A stretch of DNA of 64,000 nt from Octopus vulgaris (GCA_951406725.2 OX597823.1:21452001-21516000); one strand, 5' to 3'; positions 15,561 to 28,785 are shown, counted from the stretch's first letter. The notes: generated by a model from the letters alone, not told the origin. Program-made: numbers and translations.

Positions 15561-16150
15561 TACACATTTTGCTATTATCTTCTTAAATTCCTCTTATCTC
15601 TGTATTATACGACAATTGATCTATGAATACATTAAGTGGTGTCAATGTCTGAAAGCTAATTAATCAATATGTAACACACAATTTGTATATCTCGGGGAAA
15701 AATAATTTAATAAATGAACCTCGCATCTTCAGACTTTGAGTTATTAAGTCTGGAAATAAGATGTAAAGGACAAGAAGAATTTTTAATCAGGCACTACAGT
15801 GTTTGTAACGACAATCAAACTCGATCACCATCAGACAGCCACTGAGTGTGCGTGGTTTCTTCTTACGTTTGAAACAGCGGTCTTCCTTAATTACATCTTG
15901 TTTAGACATTGTTTAGATCGATAGAATATAAGGAATAATCATGATGGCTTGCATGCGTGTGATCAGAAGTCTGTTTGGTGTCAAGACCCATAATAATAAT
16001 AATAATATGTCGTTGCGATGGTCGGGGATGGAAATATTTTGATCTGAGGTCTGATCATTATTCGCTGATGTGGACTTGAGTTTTAACAACAACCTCAAAC
16101 GCATTAACAACTATTACATCAAACATAGTAACCCTATCAACCACTACTTT

Positions 16151-16533
16151 GGAGGCGCAATGGCCCAGTGGTTAGGGCAGCGGACTCGCGGTCGTAGGAT
16201 CGCGGTTTCGATTCCCAGACCGGGCGTTGTGAGTGTTTATTGAGCGAAAACACTTAAAGCTCCACGAGGCTCCGGCAGGGGATGGTGGTGATCCCTGCTG
16301 TACTCTTTCACCACAACTTTCTCTCACTCTTACTTCCTGTTTCTGTTGTACCTGTATTTCAAAGGGCCAGCCTTGGCACTCTCTGTGTCACGCTGAATAT
16401 CCCCGAGAATTACGTTAAGGGTACACGTGTCTGTGGAGTGCTCAGCCACTTACACGTTAATTTCACGAGCAGGCTGTTCCGTTGATTCGGATCAGCCGGA
16501 ACCCTCGTCGTCGTAACCGACGGAGTGCTTCCA
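16151..16533 (+). mobile_element. Full-length SINE family C with 13-bp target-site duplication
   Basis: tRNA-like head GGAGGCGCAATGGCCCAGTGGTTAGGGC...GGTTTCGATTCCC; TSD ATCAACCACTACT at 16136-16148 and 16534-16546; partial copies near 4050, 4340-4470(-) and 9570-9665(-). Confidence 0.92.
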
Positions 16534-16537
16534 ATCA

Positions 16538-16578
<41 letters not shown>

Positions 16579-16580
<2 letters not shown>

Positions 16581-16922
16581 TATGTTAATATGTGTTGATG
16601 TAAATGTGTGCTGGTCTCTTTATACTCTAAGTGCTGCCCACTTTATACCGTGATTGCGTTTATCTATCTATATTCTGTGATTGTAAATGCATTCGTAGAT
16701 TAATCTGTTTATATTCCATATGGGTGTCTCTATATATTTGTGTGCATGCATGTAAAGTGTGTGTGTGTGTGTTTTTTGTGTGCGTGTGTGTATGTTTATG
16801 TGTCTGTATGTGTGTATGCGAGTGTTTGAACTGGTGGCTTTTTGTTTTGTTCAGTTTTCTGATAAACTAAAACAGGAAGTTAGCCTGGAGTAACAATAAA
16901 AAAAGCTAAATTGTCTGCCTAT

Positions 16923-16962
<40 letters not shown>
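16579..16962 (+). repeat. About 380-bp segment duplicated at 23583-23985
   Basis: TATATGTTAATATGTGTTGATGTAAATGTGTGCTGGTCTC...GTCTGCCTATCACTACTA is nearly identical at both loci. Confidence 0.92.
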
Positions 16963-16964
<2 letters not shown>

Positions 16965-17254
16965 CGGTAAGTTAGTGAGGGAAGCCTGAATTTGTCGTTT
17001 ATTGTTGAAGAAATAGTAACCAAATCTCCCACATCTCACACTCTTCTGAAAAGTAAAGAGATCAGATGATTCAGTCCTAGACGAAATGCTTAGCGGCATT
17101 TCTTCTGAGCTCGAATCCAGCTGAGGTCAATTTTGGCTTCCATCCTTTCGGGGTTGATAAAATAAGTACCTGTCGACTTGGTGTCGATGGAATCAACTTA
17201 CCCTGCTTTTCTCAAAATTGCTGGCCTTGTGCTAAAATTATAAAGTAGCATAAT

Positions 17255-17655
17255 TACTGGCTTCAAGTTTTGGCACAAGGACAGCAATTTCGGGTAAGGG
17301 GTAAGTCGATTAGATCGACCCCAGTATGCAACTGGTACTTAATTTATCGACCACGAAAGGATGAAAGGCACAACCGACCTCGGCGGAATTTGAACTCAGA
17401 ACGTAAAGACAGACGAAATACCTATTTCTTTACTACCCTCAAGGGGCTAAACACAGAGGGGAGAAACAAGGAGAGTCAAACGAATTATGTCGATTATATC
17501 GACCCCAATGCGTAACTGGTACTTAATTTATCGACCCCGAAAGGATGAAAGGCAAAGTCGACCTCGACGGAATTTGAACTCAGAACTTAACGGCAGACGA
17601 AATACCGCTAAGCATTTTGCCTGACCCGCTAACATTTGTTCCAGCTCACCACCGT
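17255..17655 (-). mobile_element. Tandem SINE family B copies
   Basis: Two cores with the intervening GTGTTTAGCCCCTT..GTAAAGAAATAGG spacer. Confidence 0.9.
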
Positions 17656-17793
17656 CAAGAATTATAATTATTATTAACAATGTGGCATCGATGTTAACTT
17701 GGTCTTTGGCCAGTTGTACACCTACCGAAAGCATTTGTCGGTTCCCTTCTTCCAATCTTTTTTTTTTTTTGTTTTTATTACGATAAGAACTTA

Positions 17794-17999
17794 CAGTAAT
17801 CCCTCGCCATATCACGGTTCACCTGTCCCGCACTCAGTACATCGCGGATTTTTTCTGGCTAATGTATGTAAATTTATATCGGGAGTCCTCAGTATATCAC
17901 GGGTTTCTGCAGCCGATAGATATTTAGATTTTTTAGATTTTTAATTATTTCTGTGGGAGGTTTTGGAACCTAACACCCACGATAGTCACAAGATTACTG
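17794..17999. mobile_element. Tigger/pogo-type MITE
   Basis: Termini CAGTAATC.../...GATTACTG flanked by TA on both sides (17792-93, 18000-01); a related terminus ends at 45873. Confidence 0.8.
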
Positions 18000-19166
18000 T
18001 ATTTAGTTTGAAGCTTTAAAAGAATAGCTTGTGCGTGTTTTCTGTAAGAGAATATAAGTTAGGTGGGACGTGTGAGAAGTCTATCAAGTGATGTAGACAT
18101 TTTGTCTGTCATTTAAAATATGTATTAAATAAGGCACTAATAACTTATAGAATGTAAATATAGTAGCGCCAGTTTTCTGAAGCTACTATATTTGACATGT
18201 ATATAAACTTCTCAGACATTGGGTCAAGTGATGCTGTTTCTTCTGACGAGAACTCTCGTCACTGGTCGAAAAACGCTTAAGGCTGTTTAACACTTTTATC
18301 AGTTTTCGAAGAAATAGGTAAGTTTGACATATTTGCGTGTCTACTGTGCAGGTTTACATATATCTACACATAACACCGTTTGAGAGAGTCGTGAGGAAAC
18401 TCACCGTGCCGCATTCGCTAAGGGCTAACAGCTTCTCATTGATGGGAAACCTTCCAGAGAAACAAGAAACTAGTACCAATGCATCATATGCCCCATCACT
18501 TTTAAGACTCGCTAAAAAATTCTTGTTTAGTGTTATGAAGCATTTGAACACCTCAAAATTAGAACTTTGTTTATTCCAAGGAAACATTCTGAAAAGGATC
18601 TGGTTCCTATTTGCTATGACTTCTAGCATATAAAATAGAGTTGTTTATATTTATAATTTATTTTATTTTCTCTGCAAAAAAATAAAATGTTTACAGTGGA
18701 TTTGATCTTCCGTATGGCATTTTCTCAAATACTCAATCTTCTTTGCCTTGTTCTGCATACTACAAGCGCACTATTATCCCCCAGTGTTATCCCCCATAAA
18801 GTAGGATATTTTTACTGGAAAAAGATGCCGTTAATCAAATAATTAATAATGTATTTATACGTCAGATATTTCAGTAGTGTTGAAATGGTTCTGTCAAAAG
18901 CTTTTTAAAGAATGAGAAACAATAATTTATTTATACTTTTAATTGTGTGCACTCTCTGTCATCATAGGCGAATTTAAATGCAGATGAATAAACTCTCAAA
19001 GACAAAACTGTGTACAGGGAATTTGGCTCAGAGTATAAGAATATTTACAACAGCATCGATTTTTGGAATTAAATAAGTCACGAATCTATCAAGATAGAAC
19101 GACAAGTGTCAGTGTAAAGTGATTTAACAGCATTAATAGTAAATGCACACTATCGCTCAATGCCCA

Positions 19167-19216
<50 letters not shown>

Positions 19217-19369
19217 CGAATTTGTGTAGATGTGTATAGAATAATATATCAGTTGAATAAAGTTAAAACATGGTCTGGTGTTCACGTTTTTTAACACACC
19301 ATAATAAAAAATGTGAAAACCAGACCATGTTATAACTTTATTCAACTAATATATACACATTTATACGTT

Positions 19370-19800
19370 AAGGCAGCAAGCTGGCAGAAACGTTAGCACG
19401 CGGGGCGAAGTACTTAGCGGTATTTCGTCTGCCGTTACGCTCTGAGTTCAAATTCCGCCGAGGTCGACTTTGCCTTTCATCCTTTCGGGTTCGATAAATT
19501 AAATACCAGTTACGCACTGGGGTCGATGTAATCGACTTAATCTCTTTGTCTGTCTTTGTTTGTCCTCTCTGTGTTTAGCCCCTTGTGGGCAATAAAGAAA
19601 TAAGAAACGTTAGCACGCCGGGCGAAATGTTTAGCGGTATTTCGTCTGCCGTTATGCTCTGAGTTCAAATTCCGTCGAGGTCGACTTTGCCTTTCGTGGT
19701 CGATAAATTAAGTACCAGTTGCATACTAGGGTTGATGTAATCGACTGACCCCCCCCCCCTCCTCAAAAAATTCCGGGCCCTGTTCCTAGAGTAGAAAAGG
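19370..19800 (+). mobile_element. Tandem SINE family B copies
   Basis: Two near-consensus units. Confidence 0.92.
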
Positions 19801-19957
19801 ATATAAATTTGTGTTGCAAGGTTCCTAATGTGAAACCGTGTGTTGAGTCAGATATTGTATTTCAGGATGGTCATTTTTTTTTAGCCATATAAACACATGC
19901 ACTGTATATTCGGTCTTCACCCATTTATTATTGTTCTTATTCTAACTAATGTCCACT

Positions 19958-20000
19958 GTCCGGAAATCTTTCGTCATACATCTGTGACCTCTTCAGCGAC
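19958..20000 (-). ncRNA. Minimal type-I hammerhead-like motif
   Basis: Minus strand GTCG-CTGAAGA-GGTCA-CAGATGTA-TGAC-GAAA-GATT-TC-CGGAC; 1-bp stem III with a near-palindromic tetraloop. Confidence 0.65.
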
Positions 20001-22699
20001 ACTTTCCGTCTTCATGTGTGCTCTTGCTCCGCTTATTCCATTCTCAGATCGTGGATTTTTTTCTAGATTCTTAGATGGTTCAAAATATCGTCATTAGATG
20101 TCTTTTCATCGATATATACACAGAACCAGACTTAACTCAAACTAAGAGCTTTTATTTCATTCGTATGTTTATCGCCCATTTTCATGTTGTTGACACACTA
20201 CGGCAGAAATTGAATTCACCTCAATAGACACCATTGATTGGTTGAAATTGCCGAAATGCAAGAAATTAAACAACAAATAGCTTACAAACTACAGAATTTT
20301 CTCAAGAAAGTCAAGAGAAAAGATGTTTTATAAACACATTCTACCAGTATATGATGTTTAAAAGTGTTTAGTTTACAAAGAAATTATTTTTAAAACCTGC
20401 CGGTCAAAGTGAAAAGATCCCAAAATTCTTATTTAAATCGCCTATATTATTGATTATCTTATAATCATTTTAAAATTGTTACACGAGATAATAAGAGAGT
20501 CAATGATAACTTCGTAAATTAAGATATTCCATTACAATATTCCTCTATTCTAACCTTTAAGATATTCCTGTATTCTAACCTTCAAGAGCCATTTATGAGC
20601 CTTTCTGCCAATACATGGAATATTTTACATACACATCTTATGCTCAAGCCACTATTGGATAAATGAAACTTTGGTAACGAATCTAAACACAACAGGCTTC
20701 ATGTTATGCGCCACTGATACTCTACTTTTCTTGGCACCCACCGTTCTCATTTTTGAACATTTTGCTACTCCTTTAACCTTCACATTTTACTCTCCTTGTC
20801 GCCTTGACATTACCCTGAATATTTCGCTGTCCTTAACCTCTTACTGCTTGCCATTCCATACTTCAGACCATACGATTCTCTTAGTCCCTCCACGGACCCT
20901 GCTACATTACATTTCCTGCCCCTCTGCAATCCCTCCTACCATTCTCTCTCTGTTATTCCGCACTTTACACCACACTGTGCCTTTTGTTCTTTCTCCATAC
21001 CGTATTGCCCTATATTCTTTTGTCAACCCCCACTTCCTATCACAGTATTCTTTTGGTCTGCATCAGTGGTTCTTTTCTTTCTTTTTGCTGCGCTCTTTTT
21101 CAAGTTGCTGTTGAGCCTGACGCCCACATAAGTGGTGAGTAAACGACCACTTGGTGACTTGACTTGGATTAAGCTTTTAACAGTGAAATGATAAAAAAAA
21201 TTCATAAAGACAAATGTTGTGAATTCACTTTATACGTTGCAAGTTAATGACTTCCTTGTATCTCATTTTAATAACCTTAACTGGCTTTATCATGTATAAT
21301 TAATGTATTATATATGTATAACATAATTACCACTATAGGTAAAATTTAGTATGTCATTTATGTCACCTCACTGCCCCTTCACGCCCACCTCACTGGCTGC
21401 TCCACCCCTCACCATCCCCTAAATCTTAATCCCTTCGACATGCTCAGAGCCTCTTTGGTGGCGGTACCGCCAACATTGAGAACCTCGGCCTACAAGAATG
21501 TGCTGTGATGGAAAATCTGAAGTCTCCACCATGCTGCACCCACGCTGTCCCTTCTCAGTCTTCGCCACACTTCTGTCACCTCACAGTCTCTACCATACTA
21601 CATACCTGTGCCTCATTAGACCCTACTACTTTGGACACCTGTCCATCCCCAGCCCATGCTACACAATTCCCTCTATTACTCCACACTCCATACCACAGTA
21701 TTCTCTCTGTCTATCCACAGTCCATGCCACAGTCAGTCCTCTCTCAATTCACACTCTGTACCACAGTACTTTCCGTGTCCCTCTTTTGTCCCCGTCACAC
21801 TTCCGCTTTCAGTCCAAATCCCATACAAAACTACACCCCCTTTCCCTCAACAGCCCCTATTACATTACATCCCCCGCGTCCATCCACTGTCTTTGCCACT
21901 CAATTCCCAGCAATAGTCCACTCTAAATATCGACAGACGTCACGTTATAATAGATCACAATTTATCGCTTTACTCCTACAGCTCCAGTTGACAAGGAAGC
22001 TGAAAGCACGAAATTAGCAACTGGTTTGTATAAAACTGTTGACTTCAAATATTTGCTCAAACGACTTTCTGATAGCAAGATAATGACAAGTGTCTATTGA
22101 CAAGTATTAATACGTGTGCGTATATATGTGTGCGCGCGCGTAAGTGTGTGTATTTGTGTTTTAGTATTCATGTGTTGTTAGTCTGTACCACTGGGCGTAT
22201 AATGTTAGTCTCTGTGAATGTGTGAAGAGTACATGTGGTCACGCGGTTAAGACTCGCTTTGCAATTAAGAGGTTATGCGTTCAACCACTCTGCATGGAAT
22301 CTTAGATGGACGAGTGCCTTTTGCCATAGCTTCAGGTCTGTTCAAACTTTGTGAATGAAAATACGTAAATGGAAAATGGTCAGAAGCCCATTGAAAGGAT
22401 TGAACCTCTACGCAGATGATCCAGCATTGTCACACACTGTGTCCCATTGATTCTGAACTTGTCTGTGAAATAAATCTCATTTAACGAGTTCGTGGTTTAG
22501 GTGATAGAACAACAGAAATGTTCGTCGTCGAAACTGATGGAAGACCATTATCATCATCATCATCGTCGTCGTCGACGTCACCATCCTCGTCGTCGTTGTC
22601 CCTATCATCATCTGCGTATGTGCGTCTATTTGTGCGCATGAGGACTTGTCGGTTTGTGCTATAGGGCATGATGGAGTGCGTTCGTTTGTGTTAACATAT

Positions 22700-22745
<46 letters not shown>

Positions 22746-23945
22746 CGCGCATTTGTAGATATATTTGGTATATCTAATATTATGTCTCAGTGTATATGTG
22801 TACATTTTAACAGGTGTGCGCTAATCTGTGTTAATATATGTATTGGATTTTTTCTATGTGTATGCTACTGGCTATGTTGAGGAGCGGTTTGGTCGATTTG
22901 GTGTATGCGTTAATGTCTATTAATGTGTTGATATGCGAGATCGTCGGTGTGTTAGTGATTGTGTTGGTGTGTGTTGTGTGCTGTATGTATTGGTGATGTG
23001 TTACAATGTATTGTACCTCTTACTGTGTCTCCGTGGTTGTTTTATTCTGTCTTATGCCATTTTTTATGGAGTGTCTGTCTTGATGGTTCGGTTAGTATGC
23101 ATATAGTGGTGAAGATTTGTTGGTGTGTGGGTAGTTTGTTGGTGTGTGGGTGTATGCATGTGAGACTATCAGAGCATGTAGATATATATGCTAGTGCATT
23201 GAAAATAAGAGCGTGTATAGGTGTGTGTCGAGGCATTACTGAATTAATATTGGCGAGCATTTGTTTGTGTGTGAGCAGTTGGTGAACTGATTTGTGACGG
23301 TGGGTGCGTGGAAAAATGTATTCTAGTTTGTATGTATTAAGTATGATTGTGTGTCTATTTGTGTTAGGATATTACTGGGTTAATATTAGTGCGTATTTGT
23401 TTGTGTGTGGGTAGTTGGTGTATGTAAGTGTGGGCGCTGTTGTATATGCCTATGCTAGTATGTGTGCTTTGAATGTGAGTGTATATGTGCGAACCTGTGT
23501 AAAAAACAATACTGGCGTTAGTACTGGCGTTATGTATGTAAGCTGATATTTAAGTGATTTGTTGATGCATGCTTGCCGGTGGTATATGTTAATATGTGTT
23601 GATGTAAATGTGTGCTGGTCTCTTTATACTCTAAGTGCTGCCCACTTTATACCGTGATTGCATTTATCTATCTATATTCTGTGATTGTATATGCATTCGT
23701 AGATTAATCTGGTTATATTCCATATGGATGTCTGTATATGTTTGTGTGTGTTTGTGTGCATGCATGCAAAGTGTGTGTGTGTGTGTGTATGCATGTTTGT
23801 GTGTGCGTGTGTGTATGTTTATGTGTCTGTATGTGTGTATGCGAGTGTTTGAAGTGGTGGTTTTTTGTTTTGTTTAGTTTTCTGATAAACTAAAACAGGA
23901 AGTTAGCCTGGAGTAACAATAAAAAAAGCTAAATTGTCTGCCTAT

Positions 23946-23986
<41 letters not shown>

Positions 23987-24203
23987 ATGGCAATGATACT
24001 TCTCTTACTAGTACACCATCCTCTACCACCGCAATTAGTACCTCCCCTCACGACACTAACACAGTTATTACCATCACTATCATAACAGTTACTGCTACCA
24101 ACATTAATGTTATTACTTCTACAAGTGTTACTAGTACGCTTTGCTACAATTACGACGATCATCTCAAAATTATTACTACTACTTTCGCCACCACTACTGC
24201 TAT

Positions 24204-24244
<41 letters not shown>

Positions 24245-24569
24245 GTACTGGCTTCACCATTACTATTAATAATAATCCTTTCTACTAAAGGCGCAATGCC
24301 TGAACTCTTTGAGGAGGGGACTAATCGATTACATTGACCCCAGTACTCAACTGGTATTTAAGTTATCTACCCCGAAAGGATGAAAGGCAAAGTCAACCTC
24401 AGCAGAATTTGAACTCAGAACGTGAAGACGGACGAAATGGTGTTACGTTTGCTAACGATGATGCCAGCTCGTCGCTTTGAATTGCTATTAATAATGATAA
24501 TAATAACAATGATTTATTTCTTATGTTTATTCTAGTCCTCGAACTTGCCATACTCTTTACTCACTCTGC

Positions 24570-24975
24570 CTTTTACTCTTTTACTTGTTTCAGTCATTTG
24601 ACTAGGCTATGCTGGAGTACCACCTTTAGTCGAGCAAATCGACCCCAAGACTTATTCTTTGTAAGCCTAGTACTTATTCTTTCGGTCACTTTTGCCAAGC
24701 CGCTAAGTTACGGGGACGTAACCACACCACCATCGGTTGTCAAGCGATGTTGGGGGGATGACAAACACAGACACACAAACATATACACACATACATACAT
24801 GTATATATACATATATACGACGGGTTTCTTTCAGTTTCCGTCTACCAAATCCACTCACAAGACTTTGGTCGGCCCGAGGCTATAGTAGAAGACACTTACC
24901 CAAGGTGCCACGCAGTGGGACTGAACCCGGAACCATGTGGTTGATTAGCAAGCTACTTACCACACAGCCACCCCT
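24570..24975 (-). mobile_element. SINE family A, full length
   Basis: Reverse complement of the 1846-2366 family. Confidence 0.92.
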
Positions 24976-25935
24976 GAGCTATGGTGAGCATTCATAGCTG
25001 ATTGACTTCGCAATTGCTTTTTTTCCGAGTGGAATGCATAATAAAATCTCCCACGTCAGAATTTGAACTCAGAACGTAAAGAGATGCAGCTCAATGCTGC
25101 AAGACATTTTCCCCCTGCATTCCATTAATTATATCTCACACCACCTTATTATGATAATGATGAACATCTATAATGTTCACGATGGTGTACTACTCCTATA
25201 CCCAGAACGATGCTTCTTCAAACGTACGGACGTCTTAGATCGCATTCAGGTAAATGTCAATTGATTTATTGCCCTGAAGTTGCTCAAGTTTACTCCAGCC
25301 TCTGGCCCAAAAATGCAGCTCATTGCTTGCAGCCTAAGCACGGATCTGTGAATGTTCAGCCATGACATTCTGAGCTCTTGAAGTGGTTGTTGGCTAGAAA
25401 AACGCTCTTACTCAGGGGTATTTGTTTCTTTTAGAAGAAACAAAAGAGTATGTACTCCAGTCTGGCCAGTTATTTTAGAAGACAAAGCAAGAGAGTCAGG
25501 AGATGCACGACATAAGTGATACAATATCGCTTGCTTTTACATATTTTTGCAAGTAATTGTAGCGGACGTTTCTTTTCTCTTAATGAATATAATATATGAT
25601 AAGATTCATGGGTGTTCCAGAAGTAATTAGATATATAATATATCGGCGAAATCCTTTCGAAGACAAAAGAAGCGAGATTATTTCCAACTGCCGACACTTG
25701 CCGAGATTATTTCTAGCAAATTTCAAAGAAATCTTTCCTGGGGCATAACAAATGACAACTGACTTCAATGACCACGTCATCTTTTATAACAGCTCTTTAT
25801 ATCTTATCATTGCATACGTAATCTTCACGGTTAACAATAATTTGTTCTCAATTCAATTATGAACGCAGTCAACTCTAAAATCAAAAGAATAGTTGAGAAA
25901 TGTATATTCAGATTCTACACTTCTAACAAAAGTAT

Positions 25936-26128
25936 TACTCTTTTACTCGCTTACTTGTTTCAGTCATTTGACTGCGGCTATGCTGGAGCACCGCCTTTAG
26001 TCGAGTAAATCGGCCCCAGGACTTAGTACTTATTCTATCGGTCACTTTTGCCGAACCGCTAAGTTACTGGGATGTAAACACATCAGCATCGGTTGTCAAG
26101 CGATGTTGGGAGAACAAACACAGACACA

Positions 26129-26206
<78 letters not shown>

Positions 26207-26387
26207 CATATATACATACATATAAACATATATAAGCCCGTCGTGGTAAGTAGCTTGCTAACCAACCACATGGTTCCGGGTTCAGTCCTACTGCGTGGCA
26301 TCTTGGGCAAGTGTCTTCTGCTATAGCCCCGGGCCGACCAATGCCTTGTGAGTGGATTTGGTAGACGGAAACTGAAAGAAGCCTGTC

Positions 26388-26453
<66 letters not shown>

Positions 26454-26835
26454 GTGTGTATGTGTGTGTGTTTGTCCTCCTAGCATTGCTTGACAACCGA
26501 TGCTGGTGTGTTTACGTCCCCGTCACTTAGCGGTTCCGCAAAAGAGACCGATAGAATAAGTACTGGGCTTACAAAGAATAAGTCCCGGGGTCGATTTGCT
26601 CTACTAAAGGCGGTGCTCCAGCATGGCCGCAGTCAAATGACTGAAACAAGTAAAAGAGTAATGAGTATACGACGAGCTTCTTTTAGTTTCTGTCTACCAA
26701 ATCCACTAACAAGCCTTTAGTCGGCCCGAGGCTATAGTAGAAAATACTTACCCAAGGTGCCATGCAGTTGGACTGAACCCGGAACCATGTGGCTGGTAAG
26801 CAAGCTACTTACCCACACAGCCACTCCTGCGCCTA
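25936..26835. mobile_element. Three abutting SINE A pieces in alternating orientation (- tail, + full, - head)
   Basis: Approximately 25936-26160(-), 26243-26665(+), 26667-26835(-). Confidence 0.9.
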
Positions 26836-27009
26836 TGATTGTTCAGAGACTAACATTATACGCCCAGTAGTACAGACTAATAACACACTAGCGATGTTGG
26901 GGAGGCAAACACAGACACACAAACATACATACACACACACACATATATAAATATATATATTTATTTATATATCTGTAAATGTAATATGAAACAATTATTC
27001 GGTAGCCAT

Positions 27010-27070
27010 GATAAAACTCCGAGTTTCGGATGCCGAGGTGGGAATCCACGCCACCATGTCTTCAGTTATC
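27010..27070 (-). ncRNA. Type-I hammerhead-like motif in a short (TA)n-flanked element
   Basis: Minus strand GATAA-CTGAAGA-[hairpin GTGG/CCAC]-C-GAAAC-TCGGA-GTT-TTATC; perfect 5-bp stem I. Confidence 0.7.
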
Positions 27071-27153
27071 CGGCCATCGGATATGTAAATTCCTCTAGTT
27101 ACATAATATCGAGGTCCCTTTCTTTCTTTTGTTGTCTTACCATATATATATAT

Positions 27154-27237
<84 letters not shown>

Positions 27238-27276
27238 GAAAGTTGGTTTGTGAAAGCACGTGGGTGAATATATAGA

Positions 27277-27610
27277 AAATAGTAAAGAGTGAAAAAACGA
27301 CAGAAGGCTTAAATGTTAGAAAATATATATATTTGCGTCAATATGTCTGAAGAATATTAGACATTTTTTTAAAAAATTTTTTTCTCTTATAATGACATAA
27401 TTTTAAAGAAAGACCGGTTTCGCGGGTAGCTTTTCAAATGAACGTCACAAGAAATTTGAAAAGCTACACGCGAAACCGGTCTTTCTTTAAAATTATGTCA
27501 TTATAAGAGAAAAAAATTTTTTTTAAAAATGTCTAATATTCTTCAGACATATTGACGCAAATATATATATTTTTTAACATTTACGCCTTCTGTCGTTTTT
27601 TCACTCTTTA

Positions 27611-27616
<6 letters not shown>
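27277..27616. repeat. Near-perfect palindrome, about 163-bp arms and 14-nt loop, carrying a hammerhead 3' half in each arm
   Basis: Arms 27277-27439 and 27454-27616; GAAACCGGTC at 27472-27481 with its reverse complement in the left arm. Confidence 0.95.
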
Positions 27617-27643
<27 letters not shown>

Positions 27644-27699
27644 CTCCGATAAATTTAGATATGTTCCGACCAAAGATTCGTCCAGGCCATGTCTAACTT

Positions 27700-28035
27700 A
27701 ATAGCACCACCTGATAGGATTATCTAAATCCTTTTTGAACCCTAGTTTTGTGGTAGCATGGTCCATTCAATATCTTGTTGAGTGGCTTATCGCGTATTCC
27801 TTGAAGAAATTTATCCAGATTCCGTTTAAAGGTGATGGGATCCTTTTCCTCTTTGATCAGTTTTGGGATAAATGTTAAATAGAGCAGGGCCTGTTGAGGA
27901 AAAAAAATGTGTCGCGGTGTACCCATATGTTGTGATCAAGAATTGGGCAGGGGATGTATGGGCCCGTGGTCCCTGCTTTGGATGAATCTTGTAGCTAATG
28001 TTTAGATCGTTTGGTCAATGCTGGCGGTATATTCT
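27700..28035 (-). mobile_element. CR1-like LINE 3' fragment
   Basis: IPKLIKEEKDPITFKRNLDKFLQGIRDKP resembles the CR1-type ORF2 end (LP..IR...FKRKLDKFL..IPDQP). Confidence 0.7.
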
Positions 28036-28061
28036 CCATATATAAGCATATATATATATAC

Positions 28062-28116
<55 letters not shown>

Positions 28117-28155
28117 GTATATATATGTATGTATATATATATATATGTATATATG

Positions 28156-28246
<91 letters not shown>

Positions 28247-28447
28247 GTTGCTGAAGAATTCAAATTAATTAGACGACATACTAAGTATATCTACCTGCTA
28301 GAAATAGCAGCCAAAATTCTTTTTTAAATCGCCTATATTATTGATTCTGTTATCATTTTAAAATTGTTACACTAGATAATAACAGAGTCAAAGATATCTT
28401 CACAAATTATTTTTTCGTGAATTATTTGCTCCGTATTGAAATCACAC

Positions 28448-28506
<59 letters not shown>

Positions 28507-28719
28507 TGTGTGTGTGTGTGCGCGTGCGTATTTGTGTGCGTGTCTGTGTTTGTCCCTCCACCATCGCTTGACAACCGGCAAAAGAGACCGATAGAAGATG
28601 TACTAGGCTTACAAAGAATAAGTCCTGTGGTCGATTTGTTCGACTAAAGGCGGTGCTCCAGTATGGCCGTAGTCAAATGACTGAAACAAGTAAAGCATAA
28701 AAGAATATGTATAGACACG

Positions 28720-28764
<45 letters not shown>

Positions 28765-28785
28765 TCACACACACACATACACATG

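Noticed and set aside
16151-16225. tRNA gene
   Set aside because: It is the head of a SINE with body, TSD and other copies; no proper acceptor stem.
18243-18280. CTGACGA...CGAAA hammerhead candidate
   Set aside because: Stems I-III cannot be formed convincingly.
22760-23580. TG-biased region with Cys/Val-rich ORFs
   Set aside because: Decayed low-complexity sequence.
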